Assembly: GCA_964016885.1 (NCBI GenBank)
Contig: OZ024753.1
Span: 4,030,001-4,094,000 of the forward strand
Source of the DNA: Eledone cirrhosa
Taxonomy: Eukaryota
Direction of reading: 5' to 3'
DNA length: 64,000 bases
The stretch's first letter is position 1, and each line of letters begins with the position of its first letter. The notes beneath the pieces are model-generated. The model saw nothing but the letters and a program-made list of their open reading frames with translations. It searched no databases and was not told the origin of the DNA. Position numbers and translations under genes: made by a program. Below are positions 1 to 15,130 of this stretch, piece by piece.

Positions 1-344
1 TCCAACAAATATTAAACAGTCAGAGCTAAGTACTTAATCTACATATGCATAAGTATATGTGCAGAATACGAATATTTTAAAGTTGTATCAACATTAATAC
101 GTAGAAAATGACATCTGTTTATGTTTATTAGGGTATTTCAATGTTAGATCGCAGGAATAAAACCTCTTTCATGTAATTATAAATGCAATGAAGCTAACTC
201 TAATTCTTTAGCACCTGCCTAATTTGATTGCAATTGTGCATTAAAGGGTGCTATTAGTAGTATTTGGAAACATTGTATTTGTATTGTAATTGTAATTGTA
301 TTTGATTTATTATTTTGTATCATAACTGTGATTTGAAGATAATA

Positions 345-571
345 CTGATGAAGATGACTACGGTGATGATGGTGATGATGATGATAATGATGATGATGAT
401 GATGATGAGAAGGAGGAGGGTGATGATGATGATTATGATGATGATGATAATGATGAAGATAACGTTTATCATTGTGATAATTAATATGATAATGGTGGTG
501 GTGGTGGCGATGATTGTGTCAGTGGTGGCTACAATGATAACGACGAAAATGATGACGACGATGGTGATGAC

Positions 572-645
<74 letters not shown>

Positions 646-720
646 CGACGATGATGATGGTGGAAATGATGATAGCGACGATGATGATTATGATAATGAT
701 GGTGTTGATGGTTATGATGA
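345..720. repeat. degenerate (GAT/ATG)n trinucleotide repeat
   Basis: Long runs of gatgatgat with variants; explains the poly-Met and poly-Ile ORFs. Confidence 0.95.
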
Positions 721-2368
721 GACGAAGACGAATATTTTCATTATTCGACTGTTTCTGATAAAAGATTGTGATGTTCAAAATGATATAATTACGTTCGCCC
801 ACGTGAAAAAACTAGACGATCAGTCCCTAAATTCAGCTAAATTAATCCATAGACAAAATCCATCCTTAGTAGGCACTTTTAGAAATTCCAGTTGAATAGA
901 ATATATATATATGATTGAGCAGGTTTAATACGATCAATAAATGTCCACGGATGTCAAGATTTGAATTTATGTACAAGATCTATTCCCATCGGCAACATCT
1001 ACGTTTTCAATATCATTTGAAATATCATATCGGAACTCAAACGCCTGCTTGCAATCTCTAAATTTTAACATCCACGAAGGAAATATTTTTGCAGGAATGA
1101 TGCCAATCGAAAATTGTATTTTCTAATTCAATATTTATCATTTATGAAACATTAATTTTAATATGCGTCAAAAATGTTTTTGATCTTCGTCATTTGTTTC
1201 TCTGTATGTTGATAACATTTATTGATGCAAACTGTTTATTTACTGAATGGATCGAAAAATACATAGAAATAACCCTTGATACCACCAATTGTTCTGATAG
1301 AAATGACCCACTTGTACATATTTCATTTCCTGTAGCTTTCAGAAACCCATAGCTGTATAATTTTCTAAATTAATCGACAATCTCAAGTAATTTACTATTT
1401 CAGCTCACGGTATTACATGTGAAACTCTCACTCATTTATATTTATTATTCAGAATGATGTATCAAGGTATTATCCCTTACTTATATACTTTATCGTATAG
1501 TCATATAAATCATAAAGGAAAACAAACTAAGAGCAATGTTGGTGTAAAGCCAACATCTTTGACTGAATGTGGGATGTTGCTTTTCAACCATAGCTCTAGA
1601 AACTCACATGAAAGATATAAAGCATTTATTGAGTTTTCAGTTTAACATCAAGTCTATACCACAACAATATCTGAGTGAATGTACATAGTATAAATTACTG
1701 ACACATTTTTTCTTCCTTGCTTTGTTGCAAGATGGTGATGATCACTTAGCTCTCAAGTACATTTACTTTGCTGATAAAGATTCGATCTCAGCACATATCT
1801 ACGTTTCCCTGATATTGTCCTTTATTTTTAAGGGGTTTCACTTCACTAGAGCCTTTTATGAAGGGCGAAGTATATTCCTGCGGACATATCTAATCCGTAA
1901 CTATTTAAACGATCATTGAATACATTGAAGTATACGATTTCACACAGATGAAGAGTCGAACTCAGGCATATTATGTCGGTTTGCTGATGGGTTTATTGGC
2001 ACCAACTCACTCGCTAAGGGTGACATTGTCTACTACATATCTTACATCCAATATCTGCACATTGAATGTGAACACACCCACACCATCACTGATAATTTGG
2101 TTAACCTCCAAGTTTTCTCCGATGCCTGACAGTACCTCCGCACCCTCACCTCTGTTTAGTACAATCCTACCCACGTTTATCATGTATTTATTTCTTCCCA
2201 TCCCACTCAAATAAAATGTTTCATAACATTCTCACAATTTCATTGATTCTCTGTTCTTTGAAGTAAAGTCCTGAACTTCGGTGCTGAATAAAAATAGTAT
2301 TCTATTTTATCGACCCTAGAATTGCCTTATGTTATTTGGCTTGCATTTATTTAAGTTGTTATATATGT

Positions 2369-2650
<282 letters not shown>

Positions 2651-3401
2651 ACACATAGAAATAGATGCTTTATATAATTCGCAGTAATTCGCCCATTATC
2701 CCCACATAATTTTCCGTGTAAAGTTGATGTATGCTGTATATGCAATTTTATTCATCACAGTGTTTCCTAATCCATCTACACGTTGATGATGGCCTCCTTC
2801 ATATTTCAATTGTGTTCAATTGTGTTGTTGCATACTATAAGATTATAACGGCAGACATCTAATCAAATACGCCTTTATATACCCGCAGTAAACTAAGAAA
2901 TCTACCTCCCTCTCTTTTTGTTATTCCCGTTTCTGTGTTTCTGTGTTTTATCCTTCTATATTCTCTCTCTCTATATAGGAGGAAATAAGTCTGCATTGTT
3001 GAATAGTTAATAGAGGACATGAACTATAATCATTTTACGAAAGATTATGGGTTATCCTTAGGCGACGAAGACCAGTACTACTTTGCAGGTTTACGGGACC
3101 TGAAGCGGAGCTCATTTTAAACTACTAAAAGCCTTAGATCGTAGACGAATGTGTGATATACATCCTGTGTCGGTAAGGTAAAAGAGAAACTAAAAGAATG
3201 AAAGACTACATGGAAGAATCAACCAAGAATGCGTCAGAAAAGGAATCTATTGGGGCTAATTGCATGCAACCATGGTCCCGTAAATCTTGAGGTATTCTAG
3301 GGCATATTTTAAACCCGGGACAGCCAATTCTCTCCAGATTTGTTTCAGAGAAAGGTAGAGTGTGTGAGTGAATGTATGTGAGAAAGATATATACACGAAG
3401 A

Positions 3402-3530
3402 ATCCACCCCAGTACTAGACTTATTTTATCGACCTTGAATGGCAGAAAAGCAAAGTTGACCTCAATGGAATTTGAATTGAGATAGCAGAGAGCAGAAACA
3501 AATGCTAACAATTCTTCTATCCGACTTTGT
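3402..3530 (-). mobile_element. degenerate tRNA-derived SINE (octopus-type family)
   Basis: ccccagtact..ttattttatcgacc..aaagcaaagttgacctc..gaatttgaa is the reverse complement of the core at 34860-34935. Confidence 0.7.
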
Positions 3531-3773
3531 GGGGCTAATTAATTCTGTTGTAAATAGAGTTTTACAATATCACCAGTTAACTGGAATACGTTGTTATAGA
3601 AATATCATTTCAATTGTTATCTTTTTATCATGTATGCCAAGATGGAATATCCAAATATACACTAACACACCAATAAGAACTCACACGTAAAAACCCATAT
3701 GCACCCACACCCACACACACACTCACGCAAATACACACGCACACACACACACATATATATATATTTATATCTA

Positions 3774-3782
<9 letters not shown>

Positions 3783-3841
<59 letters not shown>
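3783..3841. repeat. (TA)n microsatellite
   Basis: Direct reading. Confidence 0.97.
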
Positions 3842-3849
<8 letters not shown>

Positions 3850-4230
3850 GAGGTATCCACTGTAAGTTGTGGGGTCTATTCTGTATGAAGAACTCAATGT
3901 AATCCATATGTTGAAAATGTTGTAGGTTAAGATAAATCTCAGAAAACAATAAAACATTAAAAGGAGAAGAGTCATGATATAAGTTAAAACAATGAAATAA
4001 AAAATCAAGTCATTAGAGATATACTTCACTGCTTTACGATCGTTTCTAGATGTGATAATACATTGTATCTATACTCAGCTATTGATCTATGTAAGTTTAC
4101 AAACTATCAGATAGAGAGAATATTTACTTACATGCATATCATCAGCTGTTTTAAAAAGCAAAGATTGCCGTTATGGCATGACACCCACAATTTCGATTTA
4201 GATTAAATTCATTTAATTTATCTTAATTTT

Positions 4231-4232
<2 letters not shown>

Positions 4233-4298
<66 letters not shown>
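4233..4298. repeat. (TA)n microsatellite
   Basis: Direct reading. Confidence 0.97.
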
Positions 4299-4300
<2 letters not shown>

Positions 4301-5300
4301 GAGATGCATATTGTGATAGCTCTAATTATACCCTTATATCCTAAAGTTACATGCAGTACAAGTATAACTATTAAAGTAACTCGCTGCACACAAACACATC
4401 TCTCACAAACACACACACGTAGCATTTATATTTTCATACATTTATGTGAAGATTTATTTCAGTCTCTTCTCAATGTTGTTTTATGATTTAGTAAATGTTG
4501 AAAGACGCTTGAAGATATGGTTCAGTGACTGCAAATCATCAGTAAATAAAAATGTATCTATTGAATTAATATATATTCCTGACCTTTTACTGATACGATA
4601 TCTAGTAGGCAACTCTAAATCTAACGTCAGTTTATTAAGCTGTCTCCTATTTTGTATATGTCAAAGAAGCATTATATTCAGATTAGCAGATATGTTGTAG
4701 GTTTTTGAAAACAATTGCCATGTAAATGTAATAAACAACCATAATTTTGTAACGTTTCGTTTTCGTATTATCAATTATTTGATTTGACTTGTTTTGATAC
4801 ATTTTAAATACAATGGAATATACGGGTGTAATTGATGTTGTAGAATGGCGATTTCTGAGTATCTAAACGCTGCCAGCGAGAATGTTAAAAAATTAAATAA
4901 TATAAATTTCTGACTGTCAACAAAACAATGTATTTCATAATAGAGAAAATGTCATGTCGTTCTTGATTGCCCTGCTGCTTAACATATGAAAGTGAACATT
5001 TTCCCCGTCGCAATTTCCCCATTATACATTTATAATCATTGTTGCAATTCTTATATATTTATATTCTCAGGACCATTTTAAACATTATTAGGTTTCCATA
5101 TCTGGCTTTATTCTATATAAATCAAACATTAGAACAAGCAGATCAGTTTACAGGCAAACAGCCAGAGTTATGACAAACGACAAACAGTGCTGCAGCGATT
5201 GGTAACCAGTATTTTTTAGGAAGAATAAGAATCATCATGGATCAAATTCGTGTCCTGATACATAATGGAGAAATATAATAATAGTATGATAATAATAATA

Positions 5301-5458
5301 ATAATTGTTTCTACTTTTGGCACAAGGCCAGCAATTATACCAGTGTATTACTGGTGCTTTATTTTATTGATCCCGTAAGGATAAAAGGCAAAGGTAACCT
5401 GGGTGTAATTTGTCAGACCGTAACGGGCTGCAAAGCATGGTGTCCGACCTTCTACCTT
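5301..5458 (-). mobile_element. tRNA-derived SINE, short-3' subfamily
   Basis: Reverse complement of the copies at 34784-34974 and 61045-61232 (tgtttctacttttggcacaaggccagcaatta...cccgtaaggat). Confidence 0.85.
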
Positions 5459-5473
5459 CTATCTGTAAATAAT

Positions 5474-5580
<107 letters not shown>

Positions 5581-5631
5581 CATACACACTCAGACCCATA
5601 TATATGTAAATATGTATCTATCTATCTATAT

Positions 5632-5719
5632 AATTGATGTGGGATGCTTAAAGCGTCCGTATGCGGTAGGCTGTTTGAGCACTCGATGCTCTTACAGAGC
5701 AGAGTATAATATGTGATAT
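5632..5719 (-). mobile_element. collapsed copy (tail only) of fold-back family A
   Basis: aattgatgtgggatgcttaaagcgtccgtatgcgg...agagcagagtat matches 16253-16329 and is followed by tgtgatat; flanked by TA-rich repeats. Confidence 0.8.
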
Positions 5720-5753
5720 CCATATATATATTATTATTATTATATATATATAA

Positions 5754-6236
<483 letters not shown>

Positions 6237-6829
6237 GAATACACACACACTTCTATATTTCAAAATGCACATTTCAATCAAACCAAGCGGTTCATGAAAA
6301 ATTAAATTAATGCTTCCATTTCTTTTTATTTTGTAAGTTTCAGAAACCACCTTCCTAATGAAATATTTGTTATTCTTAATTTTGTTCTCTTTAAGTTATT
6401 TATACCCATCATCAGGCACTCCTAATCCCACTATGTCCTAGACATATGATATTGGCGCCATTCCTAATTGGGACGACTGCAAATTATATCCCTTTAACTC
6501 AATCTCTGGATTCCATCTTAGTTATGTGATAAACGTAGATAGCCAAGTTCTCAATGTGTTAGATGTTTCATCGTAGAGTACCCTTTAATGGTCTCTGAAA
6601 TGATCTGCACTGGCATGTCGACACTATCCTAATTAAAGGAGTTATGAGTATAATATGTTTACTGTGTGCTTATAGAATTTTTGTTTTAATTCTCTGGTTT
6701 AATTTCGCAAGTGAACATGGTACTGAATGGACATTTAGATATATGAATCTATGCTATATTTACAACTATTTTTAAAGTATAATTATTTAATAATTAATAT
6801 ATTTAATCCTGTCTTTCCTTAGTATAGTA

Positions 6830-7850
6830 ATGCGATTTCTAGGATATGCGTCATTATTAAAATATAGTTGAACACTTTCTCATTATATGCTTTAAATAGC
6901 TATCTAAATATAGGGGTACAATGCCCATGAATTCTGCAGAAATTCTGAGGTTGGCGATGGAGAGATTGTTAATGTTCTGTTGAACACATTGCAGATTGAT
7001 GACTACAGGCACTGTATGTGCAGAAATGGGATCCTGCATATATATAATAGTACAGTGTTAGACATGATATGGATATTGAGCGGAAGAGGTTTGCGTTGAG
7101 TGAATGCAGTTTCCTAAGTGAGTGTAGCACGAGAACAGGCACCTTCAAAGAGCAGAGGTTTTCTTTTGAAGTAGTACATCATATAGTTAGCAATTGTAAG
7201 ACATACCATGTGAATGCCTTTCTGCCTGTCGGTTGAATCTCTTTGGTATTAATGCTTCCAACGACATATAGGCTTATAGAGAGACTGTCCTATCGTGTGT
7301 CACTGTATCACTGAGATTTATAGATGTTCAATAATTATTGAGGTCTGAAGACAACTGCCAATCTTTGATATACTTTATTAACTATTTTGAGGTTATACTT
7401 TCATCAATTTCAGTAATAATTGAATTATTAGCATGCTGCTCGCATTTATCATGAATGGTTTGCAATGGCATTTTCTTGGCTTTTGCACCGGGTAGTTAGC
7501 ATATGAACAAAGTAGCTGTTTCTTGGATCTACTGGAGGTTTGGCTTGTTTCAAGTGGATTGCGAAATAGTGTTTCTCAAAGGAAAATCCTGGTTGGAGAA
7601 GAAATATATGAATATTTTGAACCAGTAGCTGGACATCATTTTGGAAAGTAGGAGAACTTGAACAGAGATATTTAAAATGGGTCACATGATTTGCCATCCT
7701 GAGCAAGAGTTGATGTACTTTTGAAAAATAAAACTTTAATGACGATATATGAAACGATCAGACAAGAAATTCAGATAAAGATAGAATTCATCAGTGAAAA
7801 AATAATATCGACAAAGCGTGTCAAGTAAAGGAGTCTTTCCAGTGAATTGA
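6830..7850 (-). pseudogene. possible highly decayed Penelope-like element RT/endonuclease remnant
   Basis: Minus-strand LYLTRFVDIIF resembles the PLE RT RYVDDIF motif; KYLCSSSPTFQNDVQLL..PGFS resembles the PLE ICS..F....L...GY segment; many stops and frameshifts. Confidence 0.3.
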
Positions 7851-9623
7851 GTTTGGAAGAGAGTTCAGTGTCAGATTTGAAATTGTTTCACTTTTGCCCA
7901 TTCTTTATACTTCAGATACTAAGGCTTTATATCGAATGTGATATATGTTTCTAAAAATTTAAAAGCCGTGTCAGTATATATAATTTTCTCGGGTTGTAAA
8001 CCTTGGGGTTGTCACTCGTTATCCCCAAACACCCTTTTCTTTTCAATATTGGAAAACCATTGAATGCCACTATATAGCGCGCTTTCTAGTGTGTTCCCCT
8101 ATACTCAAATCTATATTGGTTATTCATATAGATTCGGATCATGACCGATCATAATTATACACAATAAAAGTTTGATATCTAAACCAATATGCAAGTTGCT
8201 ATTGTTAGGATTATAGCACAGATCAATACGAATATTTCCCTGGTCACGCTAAAAACATCTTGAATTGACATCAGCTTTCCTAAATATATACGAAACATTA
8301 TATAAGGTCAAATTATACTGCTTAACTATTTCTGATTTTGAATAAAAAACAACAATACAAAAACAAAAAGCGAACCAAGTAATTTTACAAACAAATAAAA
8401 TACAAAAAAATAAAATAAACATTCTTAAAGTGTTAGAGCAGCGTCATGAAAATGATAGGTTTAGCGAAATATGATATGAAGCGCCATGAACTAAATGGCA
8501 TTAGCTACATATTTCTGGTTGCATTGATCCATATGAGAGAGAAAAAAATACTGCAGCCAGAATGTCTGGCTAAAATTCAGTTTTACTGGTAATCTCTTCT
8601 CTCATAATTCAACGTATATTTCTTTCGTTTGCCTGGTTTAGTTGTCTGAAACGGTTAATATTACTCTGCAAATCATGAATGAAGATAATTAGAAGGAATT
8701 ATGAATAATGTGCGCATATTTTTTGCAATCAAAGAGCCTGTATGTTTGTGTTATGTTTGTCTTCTTGTTGTCTTCTTATTTTGGAGCCGTCTTATGAACG
8801 AATATTTGTTTCGTTAGTGTACAGTTGATTCCTAATAAGATAGTGGATTCAACTTTATATATGATAGGAATGGAAGAGAAAATAAAAAATAATACGTTCA
8901 TATATACTCGAAACGTGATTCTATAGCATGACAACTCATGGTTCAATAACATCCATTATATAGTGATGGTAGCATAATTATGATGTTACTAGGCTATATT
9001 TGACTTCCTAGAAATGTATAATTTTAATATAGATACACTTCTAAAGAACTATGTTTCGTGTTCTGAAAAATTCATTACAACTTGCTCTGCTATCAGGTGT
9101 GATCATAATAGAGTACTCCCGTCTGGTGGAAGAAGACTGTTTCATACTACGTTGCAAAGTAAGCAGGAGGAAACACAACGTCGAATACAAGATATTCTTG
9201 TTTCTCTGCAGCCTACACTCAAAATCATAATCATATCCATGTCAAATTTACATTTTATCTTACCGGCGTTAATAAATAAATTATCAGTCATATAGTCAAA
9301 TATATCTGCCTTTTCCTTTTCACTTTACGTATTACTCCCCTTCCTTTTCCCTCTCTCTCTCAATCAAACCCACTCTCTTTTACGGTCTCACGCTCTGTTC
9401 TCTTTCTCTCTCTTTCTCACTGATTCGGCTGCGACAAGACGTGTGAGACCGCTCACAGCAGCCCTTTCTCCAGAGATTGAGAATGATTCACCGAAGATAT
9501 TCTACATACAATATAAAACACTGACATAGTACTAGGTATGTTAAAATACATCCATTGCACTGCAGGGTCCAAACTTCAGAAGGAGAGAAAAATTACTGGA
9601 TTTGCATCACTGAGCACAGAATC

Positions 9624-9733
9624 ACAGACATATAGGTTAGTTATTCAGACATATAGGTTAGTTATACAGACATATAGGTTAGTTATACAGACATATAGGT
9701 TAGTTATACAGACATATAGGTTAGTTATACAGA
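9624..9733. repeat. minisatellite, 21-bp unit x ~5
   Basis: acagacatataggttagttat repeated head-to-tail without spacers. Confidence 0.95.
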
Positions 9734-10165
9734 TGCTAGACCACAACATTCCAATACTAACGGTAATTAAATATAAATATAATGTCAACCTCTCCATAAC
9801 TTTCTATCTAAACATCATTTCTCTCTTTTTCCTGCCTCTATGCATATGTACTTATATGTCTGTATTGAATATTGATTTTTTTCCATCATAATAGAATAAA
9901 AAGGAAAGCCATAAATTAGTAAAGTATATTTTTTATAACGCTTACTCTATCAAATGATTCATTTAACTCATTCCAGAATATATTCTTATTCCTAGATTAT
10001 TGAGTCGGTTATTAGATCTATTTCATTCTGTAATATTTATAATTCTTGTTTAATATATTTAATCATACGTTAAAAGAGAAGAAAATCACATCTGATAATT
10101 TGTATGAAAATCACTGGAATTATTCTGCTATTCATGACCTATTTACGCGTGTATTAGATATTGCC

Positions 10166-10372
10166 TGATAGAATGAGTAAAGCGTCGGACAACATGCTTA
10201 GCGGTATAGAGTTATGGCCCTTTGCGTTCTGAGTTCCAATCGCACCGAGGTTAGATTTGCGTTTCATCCTTACGGGGATAAGTAAAGTACCAGTAATGCA
10301 CTGGGATTAATTTAGTAGACTTTCCATTTACCCCTAAATTGATGGCGTTCTGCCTCAATCAGAAACCATTAT
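10166..10372 (+). mobile_element. tRNA-derived SINE, long-3' form
   Basis: catgcttagcggtat..ttctgagttccaat..ccgaggtt..tttcatccttacgggg..agtaccagtaatgcactggg..agaaaccatta. Confidence 0.85.
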
Positions 10373-11116
10373 ATATTGCCTGACAGAAGCAATATGAATA
10401 GCATTAAGGTTACAAGGCACTATTAAAAATCCCCGGTTCGTATATAATCTGTCCGCTATTTTGCTCAGAATGTCATCATCTATATTCCTATTTAGCTGTC
10501 CTTTCTACACACAAATAGATTTATTTTGTTCCGATTTGTACAACTTTTCTGTTTAAATTTAAAATCTGTGTATTTGCTTCCTGGCAATAGTATTAGGTAC
10601 TCTGGGCAAAAATATATGAAGATTGCATTTTGCTATATTTTGAAGTTTGTTGTCAAAATAATTATCAAATGTGTGTGGGTAATTAAGAAATTTACAATAA
10701 TCGAATATGTTATGAAAAAGTGCACTGAAGTTCATCTAATATTTTTTCCGAACACCAGAAAAACCTGTGGCTGTTCAGAGTTATTCTGCTAAACTATGAT
10801 CCCTCCATATTATTGGTTATAATACTAACTTACTGGATATATAATATTCTGCGAATAATAGAAATACAACAACGCTGTACTCTATTTCGATATAATCTTC
10901 AGGTAGGCAACATATGAAACACTTATGTAATAATATCTAAAGTGATGGACATGTGCCTATGCTAGAGCTGGCCATATTAGTTAGGAATAAAGAACTTCCC
11001 GTTTCCTGTCTTTCATTTCATTACGGAAATCATTCTTTCATTTCTCTCCTGGACTATATTTACATACGTATGCATGGGAATGACACATTTATGTGTCAAA
11101 TACACACATACATAAT

Positions 11117-11118
<2 letters not shown>

Positions 11119-11162
<44 letters not shown>

Positions 11163-11176
11163 ATAATAATATATAT

Positions 11177-11222
<46 letters not shown>
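11119..11222. repeat. (TA)n microsatellite, interrupted
   Basis: Direct reading. Confidence 0.95.
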
Positions 11223-11224
<2 letters not shown>

Positions 11225-12086
11225 AAGGTGAAGCGAGGTTTCAAATTAAGGTCGAAATGTCTAGTCTAAGCAATATACTAATTGCTCAATAGTCCAAGGT
11301 TGGTTTGGGTTTAGAAATTATTACATAACTAGCGTAAATCACGAATTTCTTAGAGATCTCTCTGTAATAAAATATATTTGATTTCCTTGAGGCAGATTTA
11401 TAGTTTTAAACGGTTACAATTTGAAAGATCAAAATTATTGCTTCGTTACATTCTATATATTCCAAATCATCTTTTCTTATATATTTGTTCATCCCGTTAC
11501 TGGTAAATCGGGATGTAATTTTGAGCACTTTCACAGTTCGGAGCCCCATCATATATATTTATGTATCAGAACATTCTTGTCTGATGGCACTGTTGTAAAG
11601 GTGAAATTTCTGATTATCAAGTCACACTATTTACACGCATATATATATATATATATAGAGAGAGAGGTAGAGAGAAGGCGTGAAAGAGACTAGGATACCG
11701 TCGTATATATTAGATAATTTAACTACTTGTCAGTGAATGTCCATCCTTGGAAATAGATTGTATTTGCAATGTAAATAATGCATTAGTTAACTATATGCAG
11801 CTGAAAATCTTTGTTCTGATGTAGTTTACTAGGATTGTAATTATTACCTAAGAAACTTTCTTGAAGAATTTTAAAAGAGTTTAAATGAAAACACATTGCG
11901 ATTTCGTCACCAGCAAGCTATTCCGAAATGATTTGGGTGCGACTTCTCAATTGGAAGTCTATTTTTAGCTAATCATAATCTTAAAATTATTAAACATCAA
12001 TATGAATTATGTTGCATGTAGTCATAAATGAAATTCTGTACGAAAGTCTTCTGTCGTCTATATGGAATATAAATACACGCACACAG

Positions 12087-12226
<140 letters not shown>

Positions 12227-14229
12227 AGATTTGAATGGATACAGTTTAGTTGAAAGGAATTTATTGACACGTGTTTCTATAACAGTTACATAACCTAAAA
12301 CAGCTATCTACAAACTTTTAGTTATGCAGACATTCAATATTTCAATATTATTGTTTACTGTCATTTCATCAGAATAATATTACTGAGGACCTATTTAGTT
12401 TTTATAGAGAATATTAGGAGGAAGGGGTGAAGTTGTTAGAAGAATAGTTGAAGGAGTGGTTTTTCGATAGCAGTGAGAATTCTTGGTGGCAGTGATTAAT
12501 TAGATTCCCATCTGTTGTTTTGACATTTTTTATAGAATATATTATTGGTTATTTTTCTAAATCTATAGAATATACATATATAGCTGTATGTGCGTGTGCG
12601 TGTGTGTTCATTTCCATATATATATATGTATATATATATATTTAAAATATGTGGTGTTATAAAATGCCGTGTCGCTTCCTTTTAGAGGTTCTGTGACCGG
12701 TATGCAATTGAAATGTGGTGCCATTCCCGAATACTACCATACTTAACTTACACAGATTCCCCAATGTTATTTTTGTACAATTGGGTAATTTGGGAAATAG
12801 AAATCCATATTGATGTGTCACTCCATTCTATAAACTTCATCGGAAATTAATCTATTTGTTCTAAGATAAAACATATGACCCAGGGGGACAACAATCACTT
12901 AAACTACATAGTTCACTCCTCATGGCTTCTGCCACAGCAGCTATAGTATATTTAAGTCTGAGTATAAATATTAAGATATAACTAATACATATAATTCCTG
13001 GAAAAATCACCGTCCAGACAATTCCCCTCAGCTGGCGATTTCTTTCATAACCGTACAGTATAGTAAAACTAGACACGATGACTGCCGGTGCAGGGAAAGT
13101 AGCCTTAGAATACTTGGTATTGTCACAGAAAGAGTTATTACTCAACTGATAGCAGGTTGACTGATAAAATGACAAGTCAGTCAATCATATTGATGGCATC
13201 CCCACAGCCCCGGCAGACAGAATAGAGAAGGCGTTTCCCCGGAAGACGGCAAGGGAGACGCGTTATATTTACATTTAATATATTGAATAATTTATTAATT
13301 CGTTCATTGCATAAATAATTCCTTCCCAAATTCATATTCAAATATATAAATTATGAAGGCAATAATAGTTGCTCATCAACATGTAAAATACGAGTTCCAA
13401 TAAATTTCATTTGTTATTGAAAAGACTCAGTTAAAACAATTTTTAAGTGAACGCAGATGGAGAAATTATTAGGGCCCATATGCGTTACTGATAAGTGTTT
13501 ATATAAATTCATATTGGGGACATCTGTTTCGTAGCGGGGCAATTCCTTCTATAAATCTTACAACACCGAAAAGTAAAAAAGGTCACGATAGAAAATATCA
13601 TTGCTGCATACATCCTAATTGGCACACATAAAATAAGGTAGAATTTGATTTATAGAGATGATTTAAGCAAGCTGAACCAGCTTGACAATTTATTGCACAA
13701 CAGGAATAAATTCATGTATAGAAGATGATCACTATCATATTACATTAACGACGTCACTGTGTTTTACAAGAACAAATATCTTAACATGAGCTATCAAACG
13801 CCAGCGATTAAAGATAGAGAATAAATAGAGGAATATAAACATAGTTTATAAACACATACTTTGGGAATATTAATGAAAATGATATTTATTTATACGAAAA
13901 AACAAACAATCACTATTTGGATATTCTGTAATCATTTTTTATAAATTATAGTTTTCACAAATGACTCACTTCTTATTGAAATAAACTTCCATTCACATTA
14001 ATATTTGATAAATTACGTACTAAAATGTATATGCATACATATTTTCATCCATTTATAAAGACAAATAAAAAAAAATAAAAAAATAAATATATATATATAT
14101 AGTCAAATGCGATAACTCATTCCCAGATATAGAATTCCGTTTTAATCACTCTTCACAACAACTTTCACAATGTTTTCACGGTTATCTTCAGTTCTACATC
14201 ATATTACTAGATTAATACACTTGTCTATT

Positions 14230-15130
14230 CATGAAGAAAACAGAGACCCTTTCACAAACTGGGAATATCCTCGAATGGCTTAGTTCCTAATGCAAAACAA
14301 GAAGAAAATCAGAAAAGGCTAAATCAAGATTTTTAGACTACATCCAAACAAATACTCACAAGTATACTTCAGAAAAAGATAATCAGTACAACAAAAATAA
14401 GTTATAAATATACAAAAACACGAGGACGCCCAATCACAAATATAAATAAATCTCAGATACAAGAAAATAACTTACAGAAAAATGATATGATATATTATTG
14501 AAATAAAGAAATTGGCTATCGTCCAGAATAAACCATACTCAACAAGAACACATATCCACATCACATCATACGTTAGCAACATCAGATAACATGACACACT
14601 CTAACACAAAAATTGCATCGCTATCAACCGGTAAAGAACTACACAGAGAAGACAGGAACAGTAAAGAAACCCCTTCTTTCCATGAGATATGCCTTGCAAT
14701 AGGAAAATATAAAAGATCGAAATCTCAAGGCGAGCCAAAAACACATACATTCATTTACAGTACACAGTACAAATCAAAGTAAATAACAAAATCTACAAAA
14801 ATCCGTACTCATACATTTCTACTTCTGAGAATATGAAACCGGAGAAAAATTATAAAACTTCAAAATCTTAATAAAAACCACAAAAAGTTAGATTCATAAC
14901 TATCCTATACAATATATACAACATTTTAAAAAGGTTAATCCTTGGCGACATTCAGCTACCTATCATCTACAAGTAATTCCACTGATCATATTCCTAACCA
15001 GTACTGCCACGTTATATGTAAATCTAAATACTGAATACTTGAGGGATTCACAGCAACACTTTCTCCCACTCATATCATACGACTATGTACATGAACGAAT
15101 CTTTCCATTGGTTTGATAAGGATGCATATA
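14230..15130 (+). pseudogene. heavily decayed non-LTR retrotransposon RT fragment
   Basis: A-rich strand bias; PSFHEICLAIGKYKRSKSQGEP resembles the LINE pre-RT motif P..EEV..AI..LK.GKAPGPD; otherwise disrupted. Confidence 0.4.

Noticed and set aside
315-802. 147-aa and 160-aa ORFs; likewise 42133-43016 and all YI/HT/CV/SL-repeat ORFs
   Set aside because: Translations of microsatellites that lack stop codons; no protein signal
1940-1980. hammerhead-like caGATGAaGAGTcgaACTC
   Set aside because: CUGA mutated and GAAA absent; at most a dead relic
1948-2214. 88-aa and 67-aa ORFs in a C-rich block
   Set aside because: No recognisable motif; probably a decayed TE fragment
9624-9733. CRISPR-like repeat array
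   Set aside because: Contiguous 21-bp units with no spacers, no cas genes, eukaryotic context
11225-11275. aaggtcGAAATGTC after a TA tract as a ribozyme half
   Set aside because: No convincing stem II partner or core
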